Virus record (IMG/VR): IMGVR_UViG_3300028048_000045
Span: 1 to 64,000 of that record
Source of the DNA: a virus
Lineage: Duplodnaviria; Caudoviricetes
Length of the DNA stretch: 64,000 nt
Direction: 5' to 3' (one strand)
Shown here: positions 9,301-18,878 of the stretch, piece by piece
How positions within the stretch are numbered: position 1 is the first letter of the stretch
Layout of the letters: each line of letters begins with the position of its first letter
The notes under the pieces: generated by a model
Told to the model about the DNA's origin: nothing
What the model saw: only the letters and a program-made list of their open reading frames with translations
The model's database searches: none
Position numbers and translations under genes: made by a program

Positions 9301-11626
9301 TCTTACGAATATTTTCCAGAAATGTTATATTTCTGAAGGAAATGTATTAGATCCATTCGATATTATTTTCAAATATACATTGTGTGGTGGAGAAATAAAA
9401 CCATATTCTGAATCATCATTGTTTATAACAGATCCAAAATCTTTGATAAAACAAAAATGTTTACCTGTATCTTATAAAGATACTATGGTATTCAGTACAT
9501 CCATATTGGATGTACAAACAGGTGAACCTTCTTCAAATTGGTTCTCTATTTATGATTCTAATAAAACTACATTAATTTCAAGTTTCGTTAGTTTCGATTA
9601 TTTATTCGTTACTAAATCTGGAAAAATGTTTGGTGTATATGAATCTAGTATTTACGAAAATGATGACGTTTTATCATCTTCTAAATGGTTTAAAGTAGAA
9701 GGTGGTTCTGTTCATGAAAATGAATACACTGCTAATGGATTTAATCATAACACATTTAAGAAAATGTTTGAAACTCGATATGGTATATTCTATTTCGATA
9801 GTAAAAATATTCTTAAATATAATGAAGAATCTGATAAATTCGAAGTTGTCCGTCATGAATTTGATTTAACAAAAAATAATCTTAACTTTGCAGAAAACTT
9901 CAATACAGGTTTATTCATTGGAAATAAACGTGATAATGTGTTTGAAAAAAGAAGAAAAGCTGCAGGTTTTAATGAATCGGATTTCTCAACAACCGGTATA
10001 AACTTTAATTATTATGATCCTAAACAAAATGAATTTGTTTCGTTACTTCCGAACACAATATTAACATCGGTTCCGAAAATGTCAATATCTAGAATAGTTG
10101 ACATTCAAGAAACCTCAAGAGGTGTATTTATCCTCTATTGTGCAAATGATAATACTTATAAAAATACAATTTTTAGATGTTATTTATCAATCCATAATGT
10201 ATTATTGTGGGAAGAATGTAAATACAAAACAACTTTTAAATTGTTAAATGGATCATCGTATACCAATGAATATCCTTGTAACCACAGTCAAATTTGGGAA
10301 GATGAGACTTCAAATACTATTTGGATTTCCGGAACAACATATGTTACTACTGAAAATAATAATGGTATGACGATGTCTGATTATCAGAATACTGATATTA
10401 CAATCGGTAGATATTCCGGAGCATGGGCTTATCGTAAGTTCTCAGAAAATGATAATGACGATTATAGACATAATCATGGAATTGATTTCCGTTTCGAACC
10501 AAATATTCCAAAAACATCTCTTGATGATTTAACAGATACAAAAGGTTCGACAATTTATGCTAGAAAACATGGTAATCCGTTATTTGATAAATTTAATGGA
10601 TTGGAAAAAATTGTTAGTACAAAGTTTGGAAACTTCGCAATATCTAGTGATATCTCTCCAATTTTCATTAAATCTCGTGCATTTATTTATAAAATAAATG
10701 GTGTTGGTTTTAATGATGAAATAAATAGTGTTACATATTTTAATTATGAAAAATTATCTTCATCTGGAATCTCAAGCGATGTTGAAGATGCTTATTATTG
10801 TAAAGAAATAAATGGTAAATTGATTATAATTTTCAATGGAAATGATACTCATAGTATTTATATTTATGAATATGATTTAGAAAATAATAAATTTATTCCT
10901 TATTTCGCATATAGTGGATATACTACAAGTTCATCTGAATTTATAGAAAAGATTATAACTGATGTAGAACTTACAGAATATAATGGAATTGTTTATATGA
11001 AACCTTCTATTGATTCCAATATCTTTATGTTTGGTGATAAACAATTTGATGGCATAATAAGTTCTCCGGAATCAGAATCGAATAATGTTCTTTATGAACT
11101 AAGGGCTATTTTTGATAATCAAGATTCGTATAATAACCTTGTCGAAAAAACAGATAATTCTAATTTGGATAAATTTGTTTTTAAAGAAATTGGTATAGTT
11201 GATGGTATTACTGGGCTTACAAAACACATATTCCAGTATTTTGAACCTAATGAATTTTATAACGAATCCGATGGTATAGTTAAACCTTTAATTACTAAGC
11301 CTCGTGAATTCCATCAGTCTAATTCTATTAAGCAACTGTATAAAAATATTTATCAGAAGTTTAAATCTAAGAATCTTATTAATAATAGATACCTTAAACA
11401 AGGACAATCTATCATTGCCGATGGATTTAAACATGAAGTTTCTGAAATACTTGGTGATGTTGAGAACTATTTAGTTAATACAGATAATGTAAGAATAGAA
11501 TTAAAAATCTATCCTGCAGAAACTGAAGATTTTATAGATTCTAATATTAAACCTTGTAAATTCGGAATAACTACTAGCGTTGCTGTTGATGAAAGTGGTA
11601 TCGAACCATTTGATCCATACGATTAA
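3347..11626 (+). CDS. Very large beta-rich virion protein (tail fibre/baseplate-associated candidate)
   Basis: 2759 aa; AAGGAG RBS; late-type promoter; N-terminal coiled segment then propeller-like repeats (ETSRGxF, ETRYGIF, STKFGNF). Function inferred. Confidence 0.55.
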   Translation: MNENSFDENNLLYVRKNYEVEVTEKARKIFADNTVQTTLDETNKKLDELIAEMNDKLGFVTQKMVGKNGIEEYVKDVHNQIDNTTVDVTQLVDSGIVRSGSHPSITTFKNNRSETKYKTYDFINKTIDIGFKDQALRFYNNTDIHDGDKVHAFDIRMNDVEHLKIIEFAFTYSQFPDIVKIVNGDVYREPTTKINRVFYGRFFIIRHDPVNAPDEIIVKAIVENADNTGNVVDEYAIDVKKSNIEDKISLKNEIGPVFDIYFRIASRNDLLICIGSINPYKYLLQKSYVESNKQIIDNFNLLKSGIESIKFDKVFYSENQNKMFIVDNEQDKIYIIPAFDKFTIDNISMDNVTVYDKLTTDGFFVKDVSSYTFIGDNSKHCYVYPSGNFTEYVDLGVNVEDVQMMSTNEIIVQVGSVLNGRKISRLHMFNYSTSNINNTIFGEFHISTTDINFVQKNKFAEYEPGKIILVSNSRNGTIYYKFLRSNNSTNTYTNGAIESVTVEQKIDIEELESFDPKNDGTTLDLIRSETGIFIHLNYESEINGKKTVILSVRDLKINKSNYIFKHTDILKKYNKTTNVSYSLTDIIKKIVSTSLFTFGITDDNKLLIIDDNYIIEALNFVPVEENGEVKGYSDKDSVLYMKPIEGEEELYLIDKPYLQDVKAIYQSFKGNIYILDGKGVYELTTTKNLVCKFWTDNSTFTDIVVNKITEAYIISEKDGKQNIFCHNFDYDNSSSKKLRHKYFDLINGDYEKYDPDNNYTNYSSNETMMIDFKAKLYCTLIDKLSSIYNSKDVHNMYYTNDTYTFNDFNPAKPHNIDLVVNGQSVTKNITINKFILSANKYGFVNYFGFTLLNTNNLSDINDENLYVLIHKSGDGLSITDYREAIYRLIREQTINENDKYDSQGNLKPEYESTMTVTKKYKSVNKNRVFRHPRCTISNDVSDYNNDSELMKFEHGKFKGSLLSDKFSYIYKDTLYNLAQTRTEIGLNNISPVYEKLIMGKLPVIFMNSFDDDDLNPKYGKRIDPFNVVYNRINYFVGYDKSGDEINLVIVKESSSRSDNSSVMSVVKTISNVISARAINNELYYSKANGGLFCLNDEMEEVVKVSPALGYVFYDFTELDGEIYGVTNNGVFVKINKDNPIIVPDVIIGDTTNVTAIDGRILADIYNFENSDKLIIRISHINDNVTDLYVPYIYVISKSDVNEYSIIQKPFRYKYTDYETLCKSSQDFIFKFVKINNTVFAQGSNNFIFDEKTLQFKTFVNALPLQNSIAPITYWPLTYQEFYSNNRLSLTDYLIKTPYNIGCFIPSSGNVAMIIDDISKEYIRRELTPVDSVNPPMTDVTNINPDGTIIGRISNNISSGKKYRIEVLKNGKVCINDTVVSKIDNNETKQTLDSSYTVSDINAVVYKNNIRIEKDVITGTYNIKDINGNLINLFKLDYKRCSWNSLKFTGTVTVGQLLDKHIIPYRYVVDDASKFEKVDTNAVKYPVPGITYYTKITAGSYDHYEAVSEDISKWEVNSSGKVEYFEPKHHYESITNVTDAIVAGSYVFVCENRYFSKVEITANEDGELNLPNTEEYYTLSTKSVPVDLSKVIDERAVFILNDDKVLLHAKVDGIYKTIIYDTYFENDFTRHDVWNRVYPKAGFDIKRIWETSRGKFAVINIPCYDHYFVGLISDDLQSIYCKLDYDIDDPGCVHLIDTEKELLISIATSDYTGEVNYNYDSSLNKFVISKVPLIYIDSVKVGGITYLAAIKNIRDPSTDTNQLSFSIYDIDKNLLLSINKGITVPVYNTTRNNVKQFDNVFVKRFNSITGKEEAYVFFMSNTSKNDTSDDSVYDCIHISEKGVELEDLNLLAYTKFGDFGGKPTFVNTMLTPENKILLICSYSTIFSLEENGSINVITGAPSFIKPINDNRNGIVGLGDIVFRNTHSDIPSISSIEDNENKLPSIYNWYYYNRVNNTYLIDSSESYRDNMLGYFKDYQLLIDYKFYLTNIFQKCYISEGNVLDPFDIIFKYTLCGGEIKPYSESSLFITDPKSLIKQKCLPVSYKDTMVFSTSILDVQTGEPSSNWFSIYDSNKTTLISSFVSFDYLFVTKSGKMFGVYESSIYENDDVLSSSKWFKVEGGSVHENEYTANGFNHNTFKKMFETRYGIFYFDSKNILKYNEESDKFEVVRHEFDLTKNNLNFAENFNTGLFIGNKRDNVFEKRRKAAGFNESDFSTTGINFNYYDPKQNEFVSLLPNTILTSVPKMSISRIVDIQETSRGVFILYCANDNTYKNTIFRCYLSIHNVLLWEECKYKTTFKLLNGSSYTNEYPCNHSQIWEDETSNTIWISGTTYVTTENNNGMTMSDYQNTDITIGRYSGAWAYRKFSENDNDDYRHNHGIDFRFEPNIPKTSLDDLTDTKGSTIYARKHGNPLFDKFNGLEKIVSTKFGNFAISSDISPIFIKSRAFIYKINGVGFNDEINSVTYFNYEKLSSSGISSDVEDAYYCKEINGKLIIIFNGNDTHSIYIYEYDLENNKFIPYFAYSGYTTSSSEFIEKIITDVELTEYNGIVYMKPSIDSNIFMFGDKQFDGIISSPESESNNVLYELRAIFDNQDSYNNLVEKTDNSNLDKFVFKEIGIVDGITGLTKHIFQYFEPNEFYNESDGIVKPLITKPREFHQSNSIKQLYKNIYQKFKSKNLINNRYLKQGQSIIADGFKHEVSEILGDVENYLVNTDNVRIELKIYPAETEDFIDSNIKPCKFGITTSVAVDESGIEPFDPYD

Positions 11627-11649
11627 TCCTATTTGTTAAAATAGAATAT

Positions 11650-11679
11650 AAAGGTGGGAGATAATTCTCCCACCTTTTA
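11650..11679. terminator. Bidirectional terminator
   Basis: aaaggtgggaga-taat-tctcccaccttt between convergent genes. Confidence 0.8.
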
Positions 11680-12903
11680 TTATTTATTGAGTATTTTAAC
11701 GATTGTTTTTGTATTTATTTTTACAGAATCGATTGTAACATCGGTATCGAGCATACCGTAGTTATTTTTAATAGATTCTGCATCAGTAACATACGTTTTA
11801 TCAGACTGAATTATTAACATATTACCAGTACTGAAAATATTTGTTTTAGATAGATCTGATGAAATTTTTGTTAAATTGATAGTAGAAACCAATTTAAAAT
11901 CTTCATCAAGTTTATATATTAAGCAATTTGTCGTTAATAAATAATAATACCCATTAACGAAAACGATTTTCTTAATACTATCTGAATTGTTAGGAATGAT
12001 AAAAATAATATCATTTAATATATAAATATTTCCAGCTCTTAAATATTGTTTATATGTCTCTTCTTCAGGATCTACAACTGGTATATCTGGTTGTACAATT
12101 TCTCCACCACTAGGTTGTTCATCTGATGTAGCTTTTACTAAAATGGTTAATGAAGGAACTAACAAATCATCTGTTAAATTAATAATTTCTGAAAGTTCCG
12201 TTTCAGGAATATATGTAATTGAACTGTTCAACAAATTATTTTTACCATCTTCTGTGATAGTATTGTTTGATAACGGATCTCTATATGAATTTATTTCATC
12301 TTTTTTAGTAGCAGAAATTGAAAAAACCTTATCAAATTCATAATAAGTTTTTAAATTATTTACAGTCTTTAAATCGTCGAATTGATCGATTGAACTTAAT
12401 ACTAAACATTTTGTAGTAGTTCCTGATACTTCTTTATTTATAAATGTACCCACCATATAATAGTAAGGTTTATTATTTGTTTCTTTATCTGAAAAATCTG
12501 GAACATCATCTTCAGATAATAGTGTTGTTATAGACATATCTGAAATAGCATGTTCTGTATCAGATTCTACTTCTTGTTGATCTTCTGAAACTATATCACT
12601 AGTATCTTGATTTGTATTATTTTCAGATGCGTCTATAGGTTGTTCTTCATTAACAACATTAGTTTCTTCAGGAATAATATCACTAGTATCTTGATTTGTA
12701 TTATTTTCAGATGCATCTATAGGTTGTTCTTCAATAATTTCTGGTTCTTTAGTTTCTTCTGAAACTATATCACTAGTATCTTGATTTGTATTATTTTCAG
12801 GTTCATCTATAGGTTGTTCTTCATTAACAACATTAGTTTCTTCAGGAATAATATCAGTATTTTCGTCTACAATCTCATTTTCATTATTTATTTCATCAGA
12901 CAT
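11680..12903 (-). CDS. Hypothetical protein with acidic N-terminal tandem repeats (probably virion-associated)
   Basis: 407 aa; co-transcribed with the 811-aa gene. Confidence 0.7.
   Translation of the reverse strand: MSDEINNENEIVDENTDIIPEETNVVNEEQPIDEPENNTNQDTSDIVSEETKEPEIIEEQPIDASENNTNQDTSDIIPEETNVVNEEQPIDASENNTNQDTSDIVSEDQQEVESDTEHAISDMSITTLLSEDDVPDFSDKETNNKPYYYMVGTFINKEVSGTTTKCLVLSSIDQFDDLKTVNNLKTYYEFDKVFSISATKKDEINSYRDPLSNNTITEDGKNNLLNSSITYIPETELSEIINLTDDLLVPSLTILVKATSDEQPSGGEIVQPDIPVVDPEEETYKQYLRAGNIYILNDIIFIIPNNSDSIKKIVFVNGYYYLLTTNCLIYKLDEDFKLVSTINLTKISSDLSKTNIFSTGNMLIIQSDKTYVTDAESIKNNYGMLDTDVTIDSVKINTKTIVKILNK
12585..12856 (-). repeat. Intragenic tandem repeat, about 3 x 84-90 bp
   Basis: Encodes three copies of EEQPID(A/E)(S/P)ENNTNQDTSDI; near-identical at DNA level. 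Confidence 0.9.
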
Positions 12904-12906
12904 TTA

Positions 12907-15342
12907 TTACTCCTTTACAAAATTAAGATCTTCGAACGTAGCTAACATTATGTTATGTTTAATGATTTTTCTATTATTTTTAATAATTTCATCATTTAAC
13001 TTTATTCTACGTTCTTCACCGTTTTTATATTCTATAACATATGATTTATTATCATTATCCATAACAGATATGTACATTTTATCATCGTTATATACAATAT
13101 CAATAACTAAAGAATATTTGGTATGAATATCACTCAATTTAAATTTGTAGAAATAATTATCTACAGAAACAAATAATTTCTTTGTTTCAGGATTATATAC
13201 ATACCATCTATCTTCGTTATAATTAAAAAATGCTTTTTTATTTTTGATGCTAGATTTAATAAACCATGAACCGGTTGTTTTATCCGGCCAATAATAACAA
13301 TCTCTATTAAATGATCCTACATTTGAAACAGGATTATTGTTTTTATCATAAATACCTTTATTCAACATATCTTCAAAAGCATAGAATGTTGTAGGCGTTT
13401 TACCTCTATAAATAGAATTTACAACTTTATACATTGAAACTGAAGGATCGAATTCTGGTTCATTATTGCTACTTCCACCATTATTAGCAACGGCGAAAAT
13501 ATAGCCCATTGTATCTTCTACAAAAGTTGAAATCGATCCGCGTCTAATATTTGTTAATTCCCAAAGTTGTTTATCTTTATTCCAATAATAAATACCGTTA
13601 TTATTCTTTGTTCCAGCATAAATTGTACCGTCTGAAGCTTCGAAAATACAATTAAAACTTATACCGATAGTACCTATCATTATTCCGACATTATTTGTGA
13701 AATTATAAATTCCCATATTTGTAGCAGCTAATGTACCGATAGAAGTTTGTTTAATTTCGTTAATTGTATTATCTATTGATGAATCAGTATATTTATTTAA
13801 CACTGAGAACGAATTTTCATTTGAAGAAATATCATCGAATGAACTATTGTTGTATAATTTATTTAATAACGATGTATCGTTTTTAGATTCACCGTAAACA
13901 ATATCGCCGTTAATAACATTAGTTTTACCACCAATAGCACCATCCACTTCAAACATAGATTCATTCTGAAGTATTGGTTGTATTTTACCAATAGTACGAT
14001 AATCAAAAAGATCTTCTATCTGTTCACCAGAATTATATGCAGGAACATTTTTATCATATTTACGAGATTGTAAATCTATATTTTCTAAATATTTTTCATT
14101 TACAGCTATATATTTCTCAGGATTTATTACACGACCATTAATCTTTTTAATATTTTTGCTCATTGTAATACCAGAATTATTTTTGTCTTCTATGATAAAT
14201 GAAGTAGAATTTTTAATTACTTGATTTTTGATTTCTGAATAAAATTTTGTAATTTTATCTGTATTAGAAATTAAATCTGAATTCTTTTTATTTTTTGGAT
14301 TAATTATGTAATTTGTATCGATATGTTTAATATTAGCAGCTTTTACATCTTCAATATCATTACTTTCTTGTTTAACATAAGTGATATCTTTATTATCATG
14401 ATACATCAATTTATTAGCAACGTTATTAACTGAATGTTTATCTACTTCATCTGAGAATGATTTAGATTTGCTAATAAAATAACCTTCTCTACCTGAATAA
14501 GAATTTGAAGGAATGTTAGTTTTAACGTTAATGTAAACATTTTTTCCAGAAATATCATCTTGTTTTAACAATGTATCGATTATACAATCCAAATCAAATT
14601 TATTAATATCATATGTTTTTGGTGTGAAATAATTTTTAGAAACCAATTTCAAATCGATATTATTTGTTTTAGACTGATATTTAGTTACTAAGTTATAACC
14701 AAAATTACCATCCTGTCCAAGAACTAACCAAGTCATTCCATTTTTAGTCGAAATGAAAATTTCAAATATGATATTTCCATTTATCACATCTTCAACATTA
14801 TGTTTATCAGTTGTGTTTACTTTAACAAGATGAAGAACACTGTTGAATTGATTGATGAAAAATTTATCTGAAAGTTTTCCACCAAACCATCTAATACCCA
14901 TACTATTAGAAACATGATTAATACTTCTATCCCATTCTTCTAAAGAATTAAGATCTTGGATATCATCAGCTATAGCAGAATCTGTTTGTCCATTATGGTT
15001 AAATAAGTTTCTATTATACTCTGTTACAACTGTATTTAAATTAGTAGAAAGAGTACCCATTAAATTGGCTAATTTTTCTTCAACGTGTTGTGTAATTTCA
15101 GGTTCAAAATTTTCTATAATATATTTAAAATGCCTAGTTTTATTATTGATTTGAGTGAGAATATTTTTCATCCTTTCTCTATCAACAGTGATACGATCGA
15201 ATGTATTATCTACAAGATCCGACAGTCCGTTGAAGTATTCAATTAGATCGTTTATTTGAGCTATAACATTTGTTCTACTGGCGAGTTTAGTCATTGGTGC
15301 ACGATAAAATTCGCCTTTGAGTCTATCATTTTGAATACCCAT
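12907..15342 (-). CDS. Putative virion protein with C-terminal beta-propeller-like region
   Basis: 811 aa; GTLAAT/GTIYAGT/GIYYWN blade-like motifs; late-type promoter at 15384-15396. Confidence 0.55.
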   Translation of the reverse strand: MGIQNDRLKGEFYRAPMTKLASRTNVIAQINDLIEYFNGLSDLVDNTFDRITVDRERMKNILTQINNKTRHFKYIIENFEPEITQHVEEKLANLMGTLSTNLNTVVTEYNRNLFNHNGQTDSAIADDIQDLNSLEEWDRSINHVSNSMGIRWFGGKLSDKFFINQFNSVLHLVKVNTTDKHNVEDVINGNIIFEIFISTKNGMTWLVLGQDGNFGYNLVTKYQSKTNNIDLKLVSKNYFTPKTYDINKFDLDCIIDTLLKQDDISGKNVYINVKTNIPSNSYSGREGYFISKSKSFSDEVDKHSVNNVANKLMYHDNKDITYVKQESNDIEDVKAANIKHIDTNYIINPKNKKNSDLISNTDKITKFYSEIKNQVIKNSTSFIIEDKNNSGITMSKNIKKINGRVINPEKYIAVNEKYLENIDLQSRKYDKNVPAYNSGEQIEDLFDYRTIGKIQPILQNESMFEVDGAIGGKTNVINGDIVYGESKNDTSLLNKLYNNSSFDDISSNENSFSVLNKYTDSSIDNTINEIKQTSIGTLAATNMGIYNFTNNVGIMIGTIGISFNCIFEASDGTIYAGTKNNNGIYYWNKDKQLWELTNIRRGSISTFVEDTMGYIFAVANNGGSSNNEPEFDPSVSMYKVVNSIYRGKTPTTFYAFEDMLNKGIYDKNNNPVSNVGSFNRDCYYWPDKTTGSWFIKSSIKNKKAFFNYNEDRWYVYNPETKKLFVSVDNYFYKFKLSDIHTKYSLVIDIVYNDDKMYISVMDNDNKSYVIEYKNGEERRIKLNDEIIKNNRKIIKHNIMLATFEDLNFVKE

Positions 15343-15383
15343 AATATTTTCTCCTTAATAAAGCATTATTTCAGAATACTACG

Positions 15384-15396
15384 TATATTTAAATGT
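15384..15396 (-). promoter_or_regulatory. Late-type promoter
   Basis: ACAtttaaATATA on minus strand. Confidence 0.7.
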
Positions 15397-15420
15397 CAAC
15401 GATATAAATTAGTAAAAATG

Positions 15421-15433
15421 ACATTTGAATATA
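15421..15433 (+). promoter_or_regulatory. Late-type promoter
   Basis: ACAtttgaATATA. Confidence 0.7.
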
Positions 15434-15450
15434 TCTAAAGAGGTATAAAT

Positions 15451-16668
15451 ATGAGAATTTTAGATCCCATTTCAAACAATTTATCTTTAGGAACTGATGA
15501 ATATTCTGATACAATAGGTATAGTTTTTAAAACTGATGAAGAAATAGGGGCTCCACAATTAGGAGTAATTATACCTAAATTTATGTTAGGATATACGTTT
15601 AAAAATGGTGATAAAGCTACAGAAGAATCTATTAGTGTTAAAGGAAAAAAATGTATAAATGAAGATTCTAATTCTTATTGGGATTCCTCTATAACACTTA
15701 AAAATTATATTACGGTAGATCCTTTATTGAATCAAAACCAATCAATGGCTAAATACACTGTTGGTGATAAGGTTTTGATATCTATGATCGATAATGATAT
15801 AAAAACTTTAGCTTTTTTACCATATAGTATTAACCGTTTAGGTCAAAGAGCAACCGATAAATTTTTGTTAGCAGTACCAGCAAACGAGCACGAAAATACA
15901 GCATTAAGTGAAGACAATTCATATTTTATTAAAATGGATTCAACTAAAGATGTTCAAATTTTACAAATAGCGACATCTAATAAAAATAATGAAACTTGTA
16001 TGTTTAGACTTACTATGGATTCTAAAAATGGTGTAATGACTATCGATGATGATAGTGGTGACCGTAGTTGGGAAATGAATTATCAAGATGATGCTATAGT
16101 TACAAAAACATCTGGAACATCAATTACACAAAAAGCTGATAAAATTACAATGGAAGCTGATACTATTGAAGGTATAGCTAAAACAAAAATATCCTTCGAT
16201 GTAAAAGATGGGGATTTTGAAGTAAATGCATCTAATATAAAAGAAAAATCTTCTGATACAAAATATGAATTTGATAATTTTAAACAAACTTCAGATGTAG
16301 GTACATATGAAGTTAAAAATGAAAAACACAATGGTACATCAGCATCATTTAAAGAAAAAACATTCCATTGTGATACTCCAACTATCGGTTTGAATGGATC
16401 TGTTGTATTACCAACTTTCGCAATTGGCAATGTACCAGATATTAATGTACCGGTTCCAGCTGTTAACGGAAAGTCTGGACCTAAAGGTTCTACAGTATTC
16501 CAAACTGATCCTTCTGGAGTTCCACTTGTTAAATTCCCTCAATTGATGGCTTGTTTAGCACAGCTTGCTGTGGCAGCAGATATGTTTCCTTGTGGAGCTG
16601 GTATGGGTTCAGCTGCAGTTGCTATATTTGCTGGTGGCGGATCTACTACAAAAATAATGGGATCTTAG
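15451..16668 (+). CDS. Baseplate central spike (gp5/gpV-like)
   Basis: OB-fold-like N-terminus (VGDKVLISMIDND) followed by short beta-repeat region; next to gp53-like gene. Confidence 0.6.
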   Translation: MRILDPISNNLSLGTDEYSDTIGIVFKTDEEIGAPQLGVIIPKFMLGYTFKNGDKATEESISVKGKKCINEDSNSYWDSSITLKNYITVDPLLNQNQSMAKYTVGDKVLISMIDNDIKTLAFLPYSINRLGQRATDKFLLAVPANEHENTALSEDNSYFIKMDSTKDVQILQIATSNKNNETCMFRLTMDSKNGVMTIDDDSGDRSWEMNYQDDAIVTKTSGTSITQKADKITMEADTIEGIAKTKISFDVKDGDFEVNASNIKEKSSDTKYEFDNFKQTSDVGTYEVKNEKHNGTSASFKEKTFHCDTPTIGLNGSVVLPTFAIGNVPDINVPVPAVNGKSGPKGSTVFQTDPSGVPLVKFPQLMACLAQLAVAADMFPCGAGMGSAAVAIFAGGGSTTKIMGS

Positions 16669-16678
16669 GAGAATTATA

Positions 16679-17119
16679 ATGGTTACGAATAGTGTATTTA
16701 CAAATCAAACAAGTTTTTCTAGAACTATTGTTGATCAATTTAAAGATAGCACAGATATAGAGCAAGCTTCAATTTCTAATGAATTTAAAAATGATGAGTT
16801 GTTGTATTACAAAACAACTGATATGAAATTGAATCTTAGGGAAAATATTTTACTTACTAAGTGCTATGATAAAATAAAAGAATCATGTACTAAATTAACA
16901 TTAACTCCAGAATTAAACCAGAAATATAATTATAGACCGGAAGCTTTATCAACTGATAGATATAATACTCCAAATCTCTGGTATCTTATTTTATATGTGA
17001 ATGGTTGTGAAGATTCTTCAGAATTTCATGATCTAGATTATGTTTTACTTCCAGATATGAGTGTAATCACACATTGTTTATCTGATGAAGAATATATTGA
17101 AAAGAAAAAAATATTATAA
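16679..17119 (+). CDS. Baseplate wedge protein, T4 gp53/LysM-like
   Basis: YRPEALSTDRYNTPNLWYLILYVN motif. Confidence 0.75.
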   Translation: MVTNSVFTNQTSFSRTIVDQFKDSTDIEQASISNEFKNDELLYYKTTDMKLNLRENILLTKCYDKIKESCTKLTLTPELNQKYNYRPEALSTDRYNTPNLWYLILYVNGCEDSSEFHDLDYVLLPDMSVITHCLSDEEYIEKKKIL

Positions 17120-17150
17120 ATAATTGGTGGGATTTAATCCCACCAATTTA
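17120..17150. terminator. Bidirectional terminator
   Basis: aattggtggga-tttaa-tcccaccaatt. Confidence 0.8.
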
Positions 17151-17152
17151 TA

Positions 17153-17566
17153 TTAATCTTTCATTTGTTCTTCCTGACGTTCTTTTAACTTATTTAAAGT
17201 TGCATTACGTTCAATATATATTCTAACCACATTATGTTTAGATACTAATTTTTTAAATGCTTGTATTAGGCTCATTATTTTAGGATCTCTTGATTGTGGA
17301 ACCATATCTATAACATTTGGAAAAGTTATTGTATCGGGATCATACATATAATGATTTCGATAACGTAAAGCCATATCACCTAAAAATACAAATAATTCAG
17401 GATCGAAACTTTTTGCACAATCTGTTGAGCAAAAATATTTTGGATCTTTATCATCGGTCGATGTAAATAATTTAGTCATATAATGAACTAATATAAATTT
17501 ATCATCCCTTCCAATTGCTTTTTTACAATGACAGCAATGAATTTTTTCAGCATTAACATCAAACAT
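17153..17566 (-). CDS. Zinc-binding (CxxC...FCSxxC, TRASH/MYM-like) protein
   Basis: CCHCKK...YFCSTDC. Confidence 0.65.
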   Translation of the reverse strand: MFDVNAEKIHCCHCKKAIGRDDKFILVHYMTKLFTSTDDKDPKYFCSTDCAKSFDPELFVFLGDMALRYRNHYMYDPDTITFPNVIDMVPQSRDPKIMSLIQAFKKLVSKHNVVRIYIERNATLNKLKERQEEQMKD

Positions 17567-17569
17567 AAA

Positions 17570-17788
17570 TTACCTCTTAAATTCTATACGTCCTACATCA
17601 TCTTTAGCAAAATGTCTAAGAACATAAATTGATAAACATTCAGGTGAACAGAAATCGTACGACGAATATCTGTCACGACCATAAGTTGGATCAGGTTCTT
17701 TGAATCTTAATTCAAATGAATTTTCACATAAATCAATCTCTTAATGACACATGTCGCATGTTGTTTTAACTAAATGAGTATCTTTCAT
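17570..17788 (-). pseudogene. Interrupted paralogous zinc-finger gene
   Basis: MKDTHLVKTTCDMCH-stop-EIDL...YDFCSPECL...EFKR; in-frame TAA at 17741-17743; absent from ORF track. Confidence 0.7.
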
Positions 17789-17789
17789 A

Positions 17790-18878
17790 TTATATCTCCA
17801 CCTTTTCTAGTTTTATTGGATGAGAAAGATTTCCAAAATCTTTACAAGGAATTACTCTACCATTTTCATCTGTATAATCGGCAACATTATAATTTAATGT
17901 AATGTCTTCATACAATGGTCTAAATTCTTTAAAAATATCTTTATAGAAATCTACATTATTCATTCCATTAATATCTCCATCATTATCTGCGAAAATATTT
18001 ATTTTCGCATTAATGAATCCAGTCATTTTCATGATTTGGTTTAATACACGTTTATAAGCTTTACGTGTACCAACAGCTACAAATACATCTGAATAATCTT
18101 CATTTAAGAAATATGTTTCCTTAGCACCGATAATATCATAATTTCCTTCAGCCATATTGATTGTAGGATGTACACTCATGATATCAATCGGAATATCTGG
18201 CATATACATATAAGGATTCGTTATCGATTTATTTATCGTATGAACCATATATCGTTTACTTGCTAAAACTTGAGAATTTATATTTCTTAGATTCAATTTA
18301 TTATTATCCACACTAAGCATTCCTACAAAATGTTTAGTATATTCATTAAATAAGAATAATTGATATTGATACTTTCTTTCATCAGATCTATCGATATAAA
18401 CCGTAGGATCCACATTATTGAATTTAAAGAAATCGTTAAAGTTTAAAACTATTTTATAAGTTTTTAAATCTTTAACAGTTATTTTTCTACCAAATCTTCC
18501 TTCTAGATATTTTACTTTAAATTCATCTTGTGGTAATATTCTATCAGGAATTTTTAAATCCATCTTTTCCATTTTGGTTACAGGATTTATTATTTTGGTA
18601 GAAGATCTAGATTGTTTCTTCATACCTTCAAGGTATTCCTGATTAGGTTCAACATTAAACATCTTTAAAAATTTTGGACCTACTCCACCTTGAAATTGAC
18701 AATGTTTACAATCATAGGTCAATACTTTTTTCGGCAATAATGCTTTATAAAGACCTACATAAAGTTTTGGTTTAGGATGTCCACATACTGGACATAACAT
18801 TCGAATTTCATCTTGTCCTGCTGGAAGACTTCCAGGAACTTTTAGTAAATCTTCTAGTACGTACTGATATGGTTCCAT
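17790..18878 (-). CDS. DNA primase (Zn ribbon + TOPRIM)
   Basis: CPVCGH...CKHC, AEGNYD, FADND. Confidence 0.8.
   Translation of the reverse strand: MEPYQYVLEDLLKVPGSLPAGQDEIRMLCPVCGHPKPKLYVGLYKALLPKKVLTYDCKHCQFQGGVGPKFLKMFNVEPNQEYLEGMKKQSRSSTKIINPVTKMEKMDLKIPDRILPQDEFKVKYLEGRFGRKITVKDLKTYKIVLNFNDFFKFNNVDPTVYIDRSDERKYQYQLFLFNEYTKHFVGMLSVDNNKLNLRNINSQVLASKRYMVHTINKSITNPYMYMPDIPIDIMSVHPTINMAEGNYDIIGAKETYFLNEDYSDVFVAVGTRKAYKRVLNQIMKMTGFINAKINIFADNDGDINGMNNVDFYKDIFKEFRPLYEDITLNYNVADYTDENGRVIPCKDFGNLSHPIKLEKVEI

Noticed and set aside
12585-12856. CRISPR array
   Set aside because: Repeats are in-frame coding units without unique spacers.
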